From positions 218,612,001 to 218,676,000 of the forward strand of contig OX597814.1 in assembly GCA_951406725.2 (NCBI GenBank): a DNA stretch of 64,000 nt. The letters run 5' to 3'. The notes under the pieces are model-generated. The model ran no database searches and was not told the origin of the DNA. It saw nothing but the letters and a program-made list of their open reading frames with translations. Positions 50,652-63,559 of the stretch are shown here, one piece after another (position 1 is the first letter of the stretch; each line of letters starts with the position of its first letter). The translations under genes were made by a program, and so were the position numbers. This DNA is from Octopus vulgaris (lineage: Eukaryota).

Positions 50652-50940
50652 GTGGAAGCACTCCGTCGGTGACGACGATGAGGGTTCCGGTAGATCCGAA
50701 TCAACGGAACAGCCTGCTCGTGAAATTAACGTGTAAGTGGCTGAGCACTCCACAGACACGTGCACCCTTAACGTAGTTCTCGGGGATATTCAGCGTGACA
50801 CAGAGAGTGACAAGGCCGGCCCTTTGAAATACAGGTACAACAGAAACAGGAAGTAAGAGTGAGAGAAAGTTGTGGTGAGAGAGTACAGCAGGGATCACCA
50901 CCATCCCCTGCCGGAGCCTCGTGCAGCTTTTAGGTGTTTT
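50652..50940 (-). mobile_element. SINE family A, 5'-truncated
   Basis: TSD ccttcactctct. Confidence 0.9.
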
Positions 50941-51852
50941 CCTTCACTCTCTATCTCTAGTGAGGTCAGCTTTTATTCCAATCTTCCGATTCGATAGAAT
51001 TGATGATTAACTCCAGATCTATGATCTTAGATTGTTGACTAATTCTATGATTACTGTTTTTCCTTTTTGGCCTTCGATTTTGTCAAACTTTTATTGGAAA
51101 TGATATTCGCATGATATTTAATCAAGATGACAGGAATGATATTCCTGAAAATTTAAGAAGTTGTGAAAACAAACAATTTGCTAAAATCGTATCTAATATT
51201 ATGTTATACCAGAACATTCGATTAGAAAAATCGTTCGAACGTCGGACAAAATGCCTTGCATCATTTATTCCGACTCTTTAGGTTCTGAGTTCAAATATTG
51301 TCGAATTCAAATTTGCTTTTCGTACAAGTTAGATACTGAATAGATTTTGTTGACTGACGATCCGCGACAAAATGCAATGGGGAAAGCATGGCTTAATAGA
51401 GTCTAAATCCCCATCCAATCGCAGGATCCCGACAATAAGTGGGGTGAGTGATATACTCGGAGTACACTGCCGTCACACCAATACTATCTGTCTGCCTAGA
51501 CCCCATCAAAAGGAAAGGTTTATGGCTTTATTTTTATTGTCCCTAATTTATTTACAGCTTTTAATAGAAAATGTATCTGGTTTTTACCTTGTTTCTCAGA
51601 ACGTTAAGCAGTCTTGCTAATACAAGCTTTCCTGTTTTCTCACACGATGATCTTTCAACAACACACTAAAAGCTGACGTCATCATGAATTATTCAACGAA
51701 GCCACTACTTAGAGTAGCAATCTGTTCTATCACATGCTAGTATTGACAGTTGAATAAAATGAATAAATCGAGAGTTAAGAAACTTGTATGTAATGGCATG
51801 ATACGGTGCCAAAGTTGAAATACAAATCGTCGATTATATTCAGAAGGGCGAA

Positions 51853-52087
51853 TCGGCGGCGAGCTGGCAGACACGTTAGCGCGCCGGGCGAAATGCGTAG
51901 CCGTACTTCGTCTGTTGTTACGTTCTGAGTTCAAATTCCGCCGAGATCGAATTTGCCTTTCATCCTTTCGGGGTCGATGAATAAAGTACCAGTTTCGCAC
52001 TGGGGTCGATTTAATCGGCTTAATCCCTTTGTCTGTCCTTGTTTGTCCTCTCTATGTTTAGCCCCTTGTGGGTAATAAAGAAACAAG
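51853..52087 (+). mobile_element. SINE family C, full length
   Basis: TSD agaagggcgaa; high identity to the 47164 copy. Confidence 0.88.
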
Positions 52088-52494
52088 TATTTAGAAGGGC
52101 GAAAAGCTCGTGTTAATAGATGTGTCACAGACTATATTGAAGCATGACACAAGATTGGTGGATCATTCAGGGCGTTGTTAATACAAGCATTACTAAAGGA
52201 GTGAGGGGCTGTCCACCCCGGTGGGTATCTTTTTGGGAGCGGCACATAATTTGTGAATTATGCTGTGTTCTCTTTGCGAGTTGACGGTGAAAACTCCTGG
52301 AATGCCCTGAGTAGCACAGTCCATAGCTGCTTAATACCAGAAAATAAATACCTGAAACTTTAAAATAAAATAATTAACAAATGATGCCACAGATAAAGGC
52401 TGTCAAACAATTCCACAGATTTAGTCAAAGATCATAAAAAATAGAAAAGATAAGAAAGGAAAGAGACAAGAAACATGCAGCAGTCACTGCATTT

Positions 52495-53400
52495 AAGTAA
52501 ACAGAGTTCGATTAAGACCTACACTCCAATTGTGCAATCGTCCCTACATTCCTTTGTCTTAAAATGACTTAGACTTCGAGTATAGAAACCCTACAGTCCA
52601 ATGGAACGAACAGGTTCTACACTCTACTTGAGTAAACAAGACCTACATTCCAAGTGAGAAAGCAAAGTCTACCCTTTAATTGAATAAACAGCTTCTACAT
52701 CTAATTTAATAAACAAGACCTACTCCCTCGATTGAGTAAATGAATCCCTGTACTCCAAATGGGTAAACAAAGTCTACCCTCCAAGTGAGTTAGATCTCTC
52801 CAATTAAATAAAGACTGCACATTAATTGTATATACAAGACCTACACTCCAGCTAAACAAAATTTATATACACTTCAGTTGACTATAGAAGACTTACACTC
52901 CACTTGTGTAAACAAAGACAACACTCCAGTTGAGTAAACAAGACCTACACTCCACTTGAGAAAACAAAGACAAAACTTCATTTGAGTAAACAAGATTTAC
53001 ATTCTACTCTGAAAAACAAAGACGCCACAATACTTCAACTGAGTAAACAAGATCTACACTCCACTTGAGCAAACAAAGACAATACTTCAACTGAGTAAAC
53101 AAGATCTACACTCCACTTGAGCAAACAAAGACAATACTTCAACTGAGTAAACAAGACCTACACTCCACTTGAGCAAACAAAGACAATACTTCAACTGAGT
53201 AAACAGGATCTACACTCCACTTGAGCAAACAAAGACAATACTTCAACTGAGTAAACAAGATCTACACTCCACTTGAGCAAACAAAGACAATACTTCAACT
53301 GAGTAAACAAGATCTACACTCCACTTGAGCAAACAAAGACAATACTTCAACTGAGTAAACAAGATCTACACTCCACTTGAACATACAACGATCACACTCC
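52495..53400. repeat. Minisatellite: degenerate 26-bp monomers grading into a homogeneous 52-bp dimer array (53028-53380)
   Basis: aatacttcaactgagtaaacaagatc+tacactccacttgagcaaacaaagac with period 52 (53081, 53133, ...). Confidence 0.92.
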
Positions 53401-53847
53401 AATTTGTTATGATTATCTGAAGGATTGTTTCCGATTTTATTTCATTCAAACTGTACATTTTACATGTTTTCAAGAACAAAAGAACATAGAATACAATCCG
53501 ATGCCTGCTGATAGTCTATCAATATTGTTTAAATAATATCTTTGTCTCCGATAGTTTTCAGTTTGTAAGAGAAACGACTCTTAAATCTATGGCAAAAAAA
53601 AGAAGTAAAAAGAAAAAATAAAACAAACAAACCAACGGATATAATCCTTGACTAGACATGTTTTTTTGGGGAAAAATAAAATAAATGATAATTTCAATTT
53701 TGTGTATATGCGATTTTATCGACCTCAGATATGCAAAGTATGTTCCAGAGAGGATTGAAATGCAGGAATATGAAGTATCATTATTACAGTGGATATGATG
53801 AGAAATCTATTTTGAAATATCTACCCTTCCTACTAATCTACCCGACA

Positions 53848-53952
53848 ATGTGTGTGTGTGTGTGTGTGTACACATAAGTACTTTTATTTGTATGCGTGTG
53901 TATGTACGTATGTATGTATGTGTATATATGTATGTATGTATATATGTATGTA

Positions 53953-53983
<31 letters not shown>

Positions 53984-54326
53984 ATGTATGTGTATGTATG
54001 TATGTATGTGTGTATGTATGTATGTATGTATGTGTGTATGTGTGTATGTATGTATGTAAGTATGTATGCATGTATGTATGCATGCATGTGTATATATATG
54101 TATGTATGTATGTATGTATGCATGTATGTATGTATGTATGCATGCATGTATGCATGTATGTATGTATGTATGTATGTATGTATGTGTGTGTATGTATGTA
54201 TGTATGTGTGTATGTATGTATGTATGTATGTATGTATGTATGTATGTATGTATGTATGTATGTGCATATATGTATGTATGTATATATATGTATGCATGTA
54301 TGTATGTATGTATGTATGTATGTATG

Positions 54327-54357
<31 letters not shown>

Positions 54358-54388
54358 GTATGTATGCATGTATGTATGCATGCATGTG

Positions 54389-54420
<32 letters not shown>

Positions 54421-54662
54421 CATGTATGTATGTATGTATGTATGCATGCATGCATGTGTATGTATGTATGTATGTATGTATGTATGTATGTGTGTGTGTG
54501 TATGTATGTATGTATGTATGTATGTATGTATGTATGTATGTGTGTGTGTATGTATGTATGTATGTATGTATGTATGTATGTATGCATGTATGTGTGTGTG
54601 TGTGTGTGTGTGCGTGTGTGTGCGTGTGTGTATACGCGTATTTGTGTGCGTACATGTATATG
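53848..54662. repeat. (TATG)n/(TG)n microsatellite
   Basis: Direct inspection. Confidence 0.95.
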
Positions 54663-54665
54663 TAA

Positions 54666-54900
54666 AGCAGCGAGCTGGTAGATTCGTTAGCACGCCGGGC
54701 AAAATGTTTTACGGCTTTTCGTCCGTCTTTACGTTCTGAGTTCAAATCCTGCCGAAGTTGACGTTGCCTTTCATCCTTCCGGTGTCGATAAATTAAGTAC
54801 CATTAGGTACCAGAGAAACACTAGGGCAGCGGGGATGTCAGTGTAATCGACTTACCCCCTCCCCTAAATTGGCTGTTCTTGTGGCGAAATTTGAAGCCAT
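54666..54900 (+). mobile_element. SINE family C, diverged
   Basis: gcgagctggtagattcgttagcacgccgggc..gcctttcatccttccggtgtcgataaattaagtacc. Confidence 0.8.
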
Positions 54901-54977
54901 TATTATTATTATTATTAATATTATAGTGGATATGATACGAAATTTGTTTTAAAATATTTATTCTTCCTACTGATCTA

Positions 54978-55367
54978 AGGAAGCACTTGTCTGTTACGAC
55001 GACGAGGGTTCCGGTTGATCCGAATCAACGGAACAGCCTGCTCGTGAAATTAACGTGTAAGTGGCTGAGCACTCCACAGACACGTGTACCCTTAACGTAG
55101 TTCTCGGGGATATTCAGCGTGACACAGAGAATGACAAGGCCGGCCCTTTGAAATACAGGTACAACAGAAACAGGAAGTAAGAGTGAGAGAAAGTTGTGGT
55201 GAAAGAGTACAGCAGGGATCACCACCATCCCCTGCCGGACCGGAGCCTCGTGGCGCTTTTAGGTGTTTTCGCTCAATAAACACTCACAACGCCCGGTCTG
55301 GGAATCGAAACCGCGATCCTACGACCGCGAGTCCGCTGCCCTAACCACTGGGCCATTGCGCCTCCAC
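54978..55367 (-). mobile_element. SINE family A, full length
   Basis: TSD cctactgatcta. Confidence 0.92.
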
Positions 55368-55517
55368 ACCTACTGATCTACGTCACTAACAATGTGTGTG
55401 TACAGATACATACATGCAAAGGTGTGTGTGTATGCGTGTGTGTACGCCTGTGTGTACGCGTGTGCGTGAGTGTATGTGTGTGTACGCATATATACGTGTT
55501 TGTACGCGTATTGGTAA

Positions 55518-55715
55518 AGCGGTGAGCTGGCAGAATCGTTTAACATGTCGGACACAGCGCTTTGGGTATTTCTTCCAGTTCTTTACGTTCTGAGTTCAGA
55601 TGCCGCCCAGATCAAGTTTACCTTTCATCCCTTGGAGGTCGGTGAAATAAAGTACTAGTGAAGTATCGGGTACGGTGTAAACCGACCACTTGTCCCCTCC
55701 GTTCTAAATTGCTAG
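55518..55715 (+). mobile_element. SINE family C, diverged
   Basis: gcggtgagctggcagaatcgtt..cctttcatccc..ggtcggtgaaataaagtac. Confidence 0.7.
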
Positions 55716-55723
55716 CCTTGAGC

Positions 55724-56118
55724 CAAGGCCGGATTAAGATCCATCGAAGCCCTGAGCACTTAAAAGATTTTGGTGCCCCCATAAGAGATTATGTATTTGA
55801 AAATATAGACAATAACACACCATAAAATATATATTTATTTTTCAAAACGAAACAAAACAGTAAGAGGGAAAATAATGTTTATTTTTGTCTCCTTCCACTT
55901 TATTCATATTTGAAAAGTTTCCTCAAACTTTTCTGAATTGCAACGTCTTTGATCAGATCCTCAAAATTAATTTTTGGTAAGGTATTCCGAATATTATTTT
56001 AGCAAGTTTAAGTGATTTCTGTTGGGCCGTAAACCATTTACCATTTCTGTGGCGCCCCCACCTTTCCCTTGATGCCCTAAGCATGTACTTATTTTGCTTA
56101 ATGGTTAACCCAGCGCTG
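55724..56118. mobile_element. hAT-type MITE
   Basis: Perfect 8-bp TSD ccttgagc; TIRs caaggccggattaa / ttaacccagcgctg. Confidence 0.82.
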
Positions 56119-56242
56119 CCTTGAGCCCCGCAACGGGTTGGCGTCCTGTTCAGGGAATATGTTGTTATCCCGGTCACTTATACGCCATGCAAAGTGAGCA
56201 AGCGAGCTTATAAGTTCTAGGAACTCAAGAAAAAAAATTAAC

Positions 56243-56308
<66 letters not shown>

Positions 56309-56421
56309 GTAAAAAGTGAAAAAACTACAGAAGGCTTGTTTTAAAAGGTTAAAAAATATATATTTGAGTCATTATGTCAGAAGAATGTTATAAATTTTTC
56401 CATACAATGACATAGTTTTTG

Positions 56422-56461
56422 AAGAAATGACCGGTTTCGCGTTCAGCTTTTCAAATTTCTT
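56422..56461 (-). ncRNA. Minimal type I hammerhead with U3-A8 covariant core
   Basis: Minus strand reads AAGAAAT-TTGAAAA-GC(tgaac)GC-GAAA-CCGG-TC-ATTTCTT. Confidence 0.6.
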
Positions 56462-56654
56462 ACATCGTTATGTTTTCGTTGAGAAGTGTAAAGAAGAGTT
56501 CCAGATAAGGGGAGGTAATAACTAACAACCTTCTAAATGTGTATGTATGTATGTATGTATGTATGTATGTGTGTGTGTATGTATGTATGTATGTATGTAT
56601 GTATGTATGTATGTATGTGTGTATGTATGTATGTATGTATGAATATATGTATGC

Positions 56655-56975
56655 TTTTTCTTTGAGTTTAATTTAAGTTCTTCTTGAGAGAGCTCAAATC
56701 GGTCGCTAACAAAGCGACAAGACGTCTTGAGTCAAGAGAATTCCCGGTGTTTGTAAATATGTGGTTGAGTTGATGTGTTGTGGTTGAGCTGTCGATGCAT
56801 TCACCCAAGTGTCTGCACCTATTCACATAAGAATCTCAGATGAATAATTTTTGGAATGTCTTACAAATCTTCACTGTGCCAATAATAGATTGGATTTGGA
56901 GAATCCAATCTACCATTGCAACATTTTTGCTCTTTTTCTGTGAAGCCTAGTATTTCAAGGTGTGTACGTATGTAA
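56655..56975 (-). pseudogene. Possible 3' end of an RLE-type non-LTR retrotransposon with (CATA)n tail
   Basis: LQIQSIIGTVKICKTF resembles the terminal Q...I.GT.KI motif of R4/NeSL-type ORFs (from recall). Confidence 0.35.
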
Positions 56976-57149
56976 GGCCGGAGGCCATTTGAATCAGACG
57001 AGTCACCTGTACAACTAAGCGCTTTATAAGCGCGAAACCAATGGTCACTTTCTGACCGGCCATAACTAACAACCTTCTAAATGTACAACTATATACTACT
57101 GGTCTAATGTTTTAGAGTGTGCTTCTTTTTCGGATATTCGAACTACTGA

Positions 57150-57204
<55 letters not shown>

Positions 57205-57207
<3 letters not shown>

Positions 57208-58900
57208 AATAAAAAATGGAGTTAACGCAGGTTTAAACAAGTATTTTTTCTTTCTACATATGTTTCAAAAATTCCACTGATACTTATTCAAAAGAATAAA
57301 AGGTATAAACAATGCAATTCTCTTCGGGAAAGTGAAAAAACGAAACTTGTCAATACGACATTTTAGCAAAAAATTATGGATTCGTATAGCGATAGACAGA
57401 ACGCTATTAATATTGTTTAAAAAAACATTATATGATATAACGTCATAAGTAGCTAACAGAAAGAGTAGGGATATTAATAGTGAATGTTAAATATAAAGGA
57501 AATTAAAGTCTAAACTATATATAATGATAGATACTATTTATATGCACTAAAAGTATGTTTTTGCCAATGCTTACATCTGTATGCTCGTTCTATAACCGTG
57601 TTTACTAGAGTATTTTAAGAAAAAATAATGAAAAATAGCTCAGAATTGCAGAGAAGACAGAATTTCTTGCCTTTGTCATATGGTATCGAAATTGAGAGGA
57701 TCAACCATTCCAAATGAAATTGTTCATTGTGGTCTTTTAAATTCCAAATCAGTTTGCTGAGACCGGTACTATTCCGTTTATTTCTATCCCTAAATGTTGA
57801 GTAATGGATAGAAATTCTCTTAGATAACTCTAACGATGTGCTTCCAATGTAAAATCGTACTTTATTACGAGTACTGATTATACACTGGTATATAGAATTT
57901 TTAATCTTAGAGTTACTTGACATAAATTTAATTCTATTGGGATTGACTTCAGATACAATAACCTTGTTATTAATATTTCTAGAGGGTTGGATGGTAGTAG
58001 CTAAATTAATGTTAGTATTAGTAAATGTATTAATATTTAACAGTTTGTTATTATGAGAAGATATAATTTGCAAGAGATTTTTTGTGTTTGAAAAACCTAT
58101 CCTAACCTTATGTGAATTAATTATAGAGTAATATCTAGAATTATTTGGAAAATTCCTAGCAATAGCTTGACGAAACAGCAGTGGGAGATTAGATTTAATT
58201 TGTCTCCCGTAAGGAATTATTAACCAAATATTTTTACTAGTATTCATAGCGTAATTACTTTTGAAGGTGTTATATTTACTTTTAGATCGGTAATAGGGGA
58301 ATAAATAAGGGTTATCTGCCTTCATTCGCCTTGTATCGGTGTGTAAGTTATGTTTGTTATCAATAATTCTTTTACGACTAGAAATCTTATCTACATTATT
58401 GAATTTACAATTAGACTGAGCAGAATCAATGTAGAAAATTTTTTCTGTATAACCTGCTTTGATTAAGGCAGAGTTATAGAATTCAGCGTTATTATTGAAA
58501 ATATCAACATTAGCAGATAATTTAGATAATCTAAATGAAATATTCTTAACTAAATTCTTAGTAATTGCTCCAGGATGATTACTAAATTTGCTAATGTACT
58601 TAAGATTGGTCAACGGTTTATGATATGGGAAGTAAGAGTCACTGTGTAAATTAAGCGTAATATCTAAAAAGTGGCCTTCGTCAGATCGTCATCAAAAACG
58701 ATTTTTAAGCCCATTCTACTGAAAAAATTAACTAAACTGTTCTTAACTTTTTGTACCTTTTGGTTAGAAACATTTTGGAGGTAAAGTAAACAATCATCAC
58801 GATATAGACCTCCATAAATGTTAGGGAACTCTTCTGCCATTTCAAAAAGAATATATATACAGACCAAATCAGCTATCTGTGCTGAATCAGAACTTCCCAT
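57205..58900 (-). mobile_element. 5'-truncated Penelope-like retroelement (RT C-half plus C-terminal GIY-YIG; Naiad-like), (TA)n on both sides
   Basis: MGSSDSAQIADLV, GLYRDD, FLDITL (after a 1-nt frameshift near 58665), YHKP..YI...SNHP, SIYQC..FYIGST, CLLC..E..*N.LVN..E..CKH. Confidence 0.9.
57250..57332 (-). ncRNA. Degenerate type I hammerhead in the 3' region of the Penelope-like element
   Basis: Stem I CTTTC/GAAAG; core CCGAAGA (U4>C); GAAA-CATATG-TA. Confidence 0.6.
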
Positions 58901-58914
58901 ATATATATATATAT

Positions 58915-59096
58915 AGGGAGAATTCACGAAAAAAAACAAAAACAAAAGATGAAGACAGGCGGTGTAGAAAACAAGCAGATGTATTAGTATAACGCTCGGG
59001 AACTGAAAAAAGTCTTTAACGTTTCGAGCCTACGCTCTTCCACAGACAAGAACACAGAAAGAAACAAGGAGATAAAAATGTGTGTATTGGCTACCG

Positions 59097-59097
<1 letters not shown>
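58915..59097 (-). mobile_element. Short microsatellite-flanked element with a degenerate hammerhead-like motif, related to 32850-33042
   Basis: Minus strand CTGTGGA-a-GAGC(gtag)GCTC-GAAA-CG-TT followed by ttcccgagcgt, paralleling ttcctgagcgt near 32960. Confidence 0.55.
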
Positions 59098-59127
<30 letters not shown>

Positions 59128-59166
59128 TGTATGTATGTATGTATGTATGTTGTGTTTCTGTGTGAA

Positions 59167-59221
<55 letters not shown>

Positions 59222-59574
59222 ATATAGGGGAAACAATTTTTTTTTACCTAAGCGCATTACTAGTATTTATTAATATGATCAGCCACAAAAGACAAAATTT
59301 GGTTATATGCTGAGATTAGAAATGAGACATTTAAACCCTAGGACGTCCACACTGAGTCTCCAGAAGATTTGTCATTGCATTACTTTCTTCCCACAGCGAC
59401 TGGTTTCTTATAACAACAAGAATACTGAACTCTATCAAGGTATGGCAAGTGTTGATGTTCATGCATTTCCCGAAAGCAATAAATGACTTCAGCGAAGTGC
59501 TTTATTGCTTTCTTACATTGATACCAGGCGTCGTATTTACGTTTAAACGAAAATAGAAGAGTGTGTTGCTCATA

Positions 59575-59974
59575 TCTTTATATATAAAAGTGAAGTTGTG
59601 TGCTGTCTGTCTCCTACGATTTAGATTCCTAACTACTCCCACATTTTGCGGTGCAGTTTAACCAAAACCGGGTATCTTATAGTCGTGATTCATATCGAGC
59701 CCTTCTGGGTATTAGCGCGCGTCTACGATGAGTCTACGATTTAAAAAAAAATTTACCATAATTTTTTTCCATTTTAATGCATTTTTTCGCTATTATATAA
59801 GGGAAGTAACTCTCTAAAAATGTCTACGATGAGTCAACGATTTAAAAAAAAATTACCATCATTTGTTTTCCATTTTTAATGCATTTTTTTGCTACTTTTT
59901 GGCTATAACTCTCTAAAAATGCTCATATAGTTATTTCCCTTACAAACCCGAGCAACGCCGGGCGATACTGCTAG
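59575..59974 (+). mobile_element. Non-autonomous Helitron-type element with internal ~100-bp tandem duplication
   Basis: A|TC start, cccgagcaacgccggg hairpin, CTAG|T end. Confidence 0.87.
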
Positions 59975-60002
59975 TATTACATAAGAACGTTATCTGTAGA
60001 CA

Positions 60003-60320
60003 CAGGTATAACTGTATGGTTAAAACGTTCACTTCGCAACCACGAAGTCTTGTGTTCGATAAAACTGCATGGCTTGTTGGATAAATCTATTTACTATAGC
60101 CTCGGGGCGGTTTAAGTCTTTTGAGTAAATATTAGCAACCGGAAGCTGTATAAAAGTCCGACGGATGGACTGTTCGTGTGATTTAAAGATCCAGCCTTGT
60201 GACACCTTTGATACGCATATTCTACCTGAGAACTACGTTAAGGTTGCACATGACTGTGGAATACCCAACCACATGCACACTAGTGAACAAGTTGCTCAGT
60301 TGACGGAACAAGTAAGCGTT
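60003..60320 (+). mobile_element. Old SINE with a family B-like head and a family A-like tail
   Basis: caaccacg..actatagcctcggg (B-like) then ccttgtgac..gagaactacgttaagg..ctgtgga (A-like). Confidence 0.55.
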
Positions 60321-61647
60321 CGCCCATCAAAATTGACATAACAGTCCATCAAGGACATTATCAATTGTAAGCGAAGTTTGCTATAATCTGGAATTAAGAC
60401 CAGATTGTGAACTTAGATCACTAGACACATGCTTCTAGCACATGGTTTTTTCCCCATTCATATTTATCTGAGAGAAAATATCAGTTTCAATATATGTGGT
60501 CTGTGAACAGTAAAATATATTTTTGAGAGATGACATAACAAAGACTAAATAAAAGGAAAAAAATGTGTAAATTATAATGCCATGCATATACTTCACTCTT
60601 CCTTACAATATAACAATTATATTTTTTTAGAAAAAGAACAAATATTTTTTTTATGCAATCATTTATTAATTCCAGCGTACTTGAATGGTTTTAAAATGAA
60701 TAAAAGAACCTCCTTTCTTACGTTATTTTCTTTTTCCTGCTGTAAGATTCTTTCATTGTAGAATTTCTACAGAATCAGTCACGTAGTTAGAATATTTTTA
60801 ATGTCTCTTCTAACAATGCTGCCATCCTACCGTTTTCATAATTTGTGTAATTTTTATATTACTTGGAAATAATTCCTTTCCAGGTTCTAGTTTCTCTTTG
60901 AGAATTGTCACCATTTTACCACTTTTATATTGCTTTATTGTATTTTTTCGTTGATTTTCTCAGTGCTTTGACACGGCTTCGCATTGTTCAATTATTTACG
61001 TTATCAATACATCAATTTCTCGATTGTGTCTTATGCTATCTTCCAAGAGAAGACAAATAAGAATACGTGCTGTTGGCACACAATTCACGCATCTATCTCG
61101 GTTATTACAATTTCTAAAGCACAGTTTCATTCAATCTGTATACGTTTATTATACTAATATCAATATTTTACCTACGGATTTCTGATAGCTGCGGACTATC
61201 ATTCTATTTGCAGTGCTGTCGCTAATTTCACCAGTACATCCAGTTTCAATGAAATATGAAATATTCCCTGTACATATATATGGTTTAAAATGTGAAATGT
61301 CTGAAAGCGAACGATGGCATATTATCAATCTTGCTTTGGCTTTGTATCAATCTTGCTCTGATTTGTGGGAGAATCTGTTCAAATTTTGTCCGTAAAGATA
61401 AGTAAAAACAATTTTACAGGCAATCATATATCGCTATACGAGTGCCTATATAAGAATAGATAACCATTGATTCACATATTGATATAGAAAGAAAACAGAT
61501 AGCACATCCATAAATTCATGCAAGCATACGCATGAAAGCAATTATATGACTATTGTTGTGAGATGGAGACATCTCACACGCACACACGCATACACACACA
61601 CACATATACATGTACATACACATACACGCATACACCCACATTAGTGA

Positions 61648-62976
61648 CTGTATGTATGTGTGTTTGTGTATGTATGTGTGTACGTATGTATGTATGCATG
61701 CATGCATGCATGTATGTATGTATGTATGTATGTATGTATGTACGTATGTATGTATGTATGTATGTATGTATGTATGCATGCATGTATGTATGTATGTATG
61801 TATGTATGTATGTATGTATGTATGTATGTATGTATGCTGTATGTATGTATGTATGTATGTATGTATGTATGTATGTATGTATGTATGTATGCATGTATGT
61901 ATGTATGTATGTATGTATGTATGTATGCATGCATGCATGTATGTATGTATGTATGCATGCATGCATGCATGCATGTATGTATGTATGTATGTATGTATGT
62001 ATGTATGTATGTATGCATGCATGTATGTATGTATGTATGTATGTATGTATGTATGCATGTATGTATGTATGCATGTATGCATGTATGCATGCATGCATGC
62101 ATGTATGTATGTATGTATGCATGCATGCATGCATGTATGTATGTATGTATGTATGTATGTATGCATTCATGTATGTATGTATGTATGTATGTATGTATGT
62201 ATGTATGTATGTATGTATGTATGTATGCATGCATGTATGTATGTATGTATGTATGCATGCATGTATGTATGTATGTATGTATGTATGTATGTATGTATGT
62301 ATGTATGTATGTATGCATGTATGTATGTATGTATGTATGTATGTATGTATGTATGTATGCATGTATGTATGTATGCATGTATGCATGTATGCATGCATGC
62401 ATGCATGTATGTATGTATGTATGCATGCATGCATGCATGTATGTATGTATGTATGTATGTATGCATTCATGTATGTATGTATGTATGTATGTATGTATGT
62501 ATGTATGTATGTATGTATGTATGTATGTATGTATGTATGTATGTATGTGTGTATGTATGTATGTATGTATGTATGCATGTATGCATGCATGCATGCATGT
62601 ATGTATGTATGTATGCATGCATGCATGCATGTATGTATGTATGTATGTATGCATTCATGTATGTATGTATGTATGTATGTATGTATGTATGTATGTATGT
62701 ATGTATGTATGTATGTATGCATGTATGTATGTATGTATGTATGTATGTATGCATGTATGTATGTATGCATGTATGCATGTATGCATGCATGCATGCATGT
62801 ATGTATGTATGTATGCATGCATGCATGCATGTATGTATGTATGTATGTATGTATGTATGCATTCATGTATGTATGTATGTATGTATGTATGTATGTATGT
62901 ATGTATGTATGTATGTATGTATGCATGTATGTATGTATGCATTCATGTATGTATGTATGTATGTGAATGTATGTAT
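61648..62976. repeat. (TATG)n/(CATG)n compound microsatellite with higher-order blocks
   Basis: Marker gcattcatg recurs near 62163, 62463, 62651, 62859 and 62939. Confidence 0.95.
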
Positions 62977-63035
62977 CTGGTAGTGGATTTGTTTGGTAGA
63001 TCCTTGAATCATTCAATTATCGCTTCTGTGTGCAT

Positions 63036-63084
<49 letters not shown>

Positions 63085-63559
63085 CATGTATATATGTGTG
63101 TTTATGTGTGCATGCGCGCGCGTGTTTGTATATTTTGCATAAAAGCAGGAAGGCATAAAATTGCGCATAAAGTTAATTGTATTCAACAGCTTTTTAATTA
63201 AGACAAAAATACATCAAATATATGATTACATAATTGTGATAAGTAACTAATAGAAATTAAATCAATTCAAATTAAGCTAAGACAGATGAGCCGATAGGGA
63301 TATCAAAATTATTATAATCAGATGTTTGATTTCAATAATTATCACTGAATGAAAGAAGTGTACTACGTGCTGATAAAATGGTTATTATGTCTGTTGCGGG
63401 GAAATTTTCAAGCGTCGATATGGGTCTTGCTAAAGTATTTTGGACATCCAGAAGAGTAATAGTTATTAATATCAAACTGTAAGAAGCTTTTTTTTTTCTT
63501 ATTTACTTCTATCACATGCATATGCATAGTTCCTTTTTCTCTTTTTAATTTAGATTTAA

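Noticed and set aside
53028-53380. CRISPR-like regular array (also 17258-17751 and 38740-39110)
   Set aside because: No unique spacers, no cas genes, eukaryotic context; these are minisatellites.
56976-57061. HDV-like ribozyme suggested by GGCCGG...CCGGCC
   Set aside because: No P1.1 GG, P4 or catalytic J4/2 segment follows on either strand.
57615-58945. Selenocysteine recoding in the Naiad-like element
   Set aside because: The interruptions are a 1-nt frameshift and a TAA; there is no in-frame TGA.
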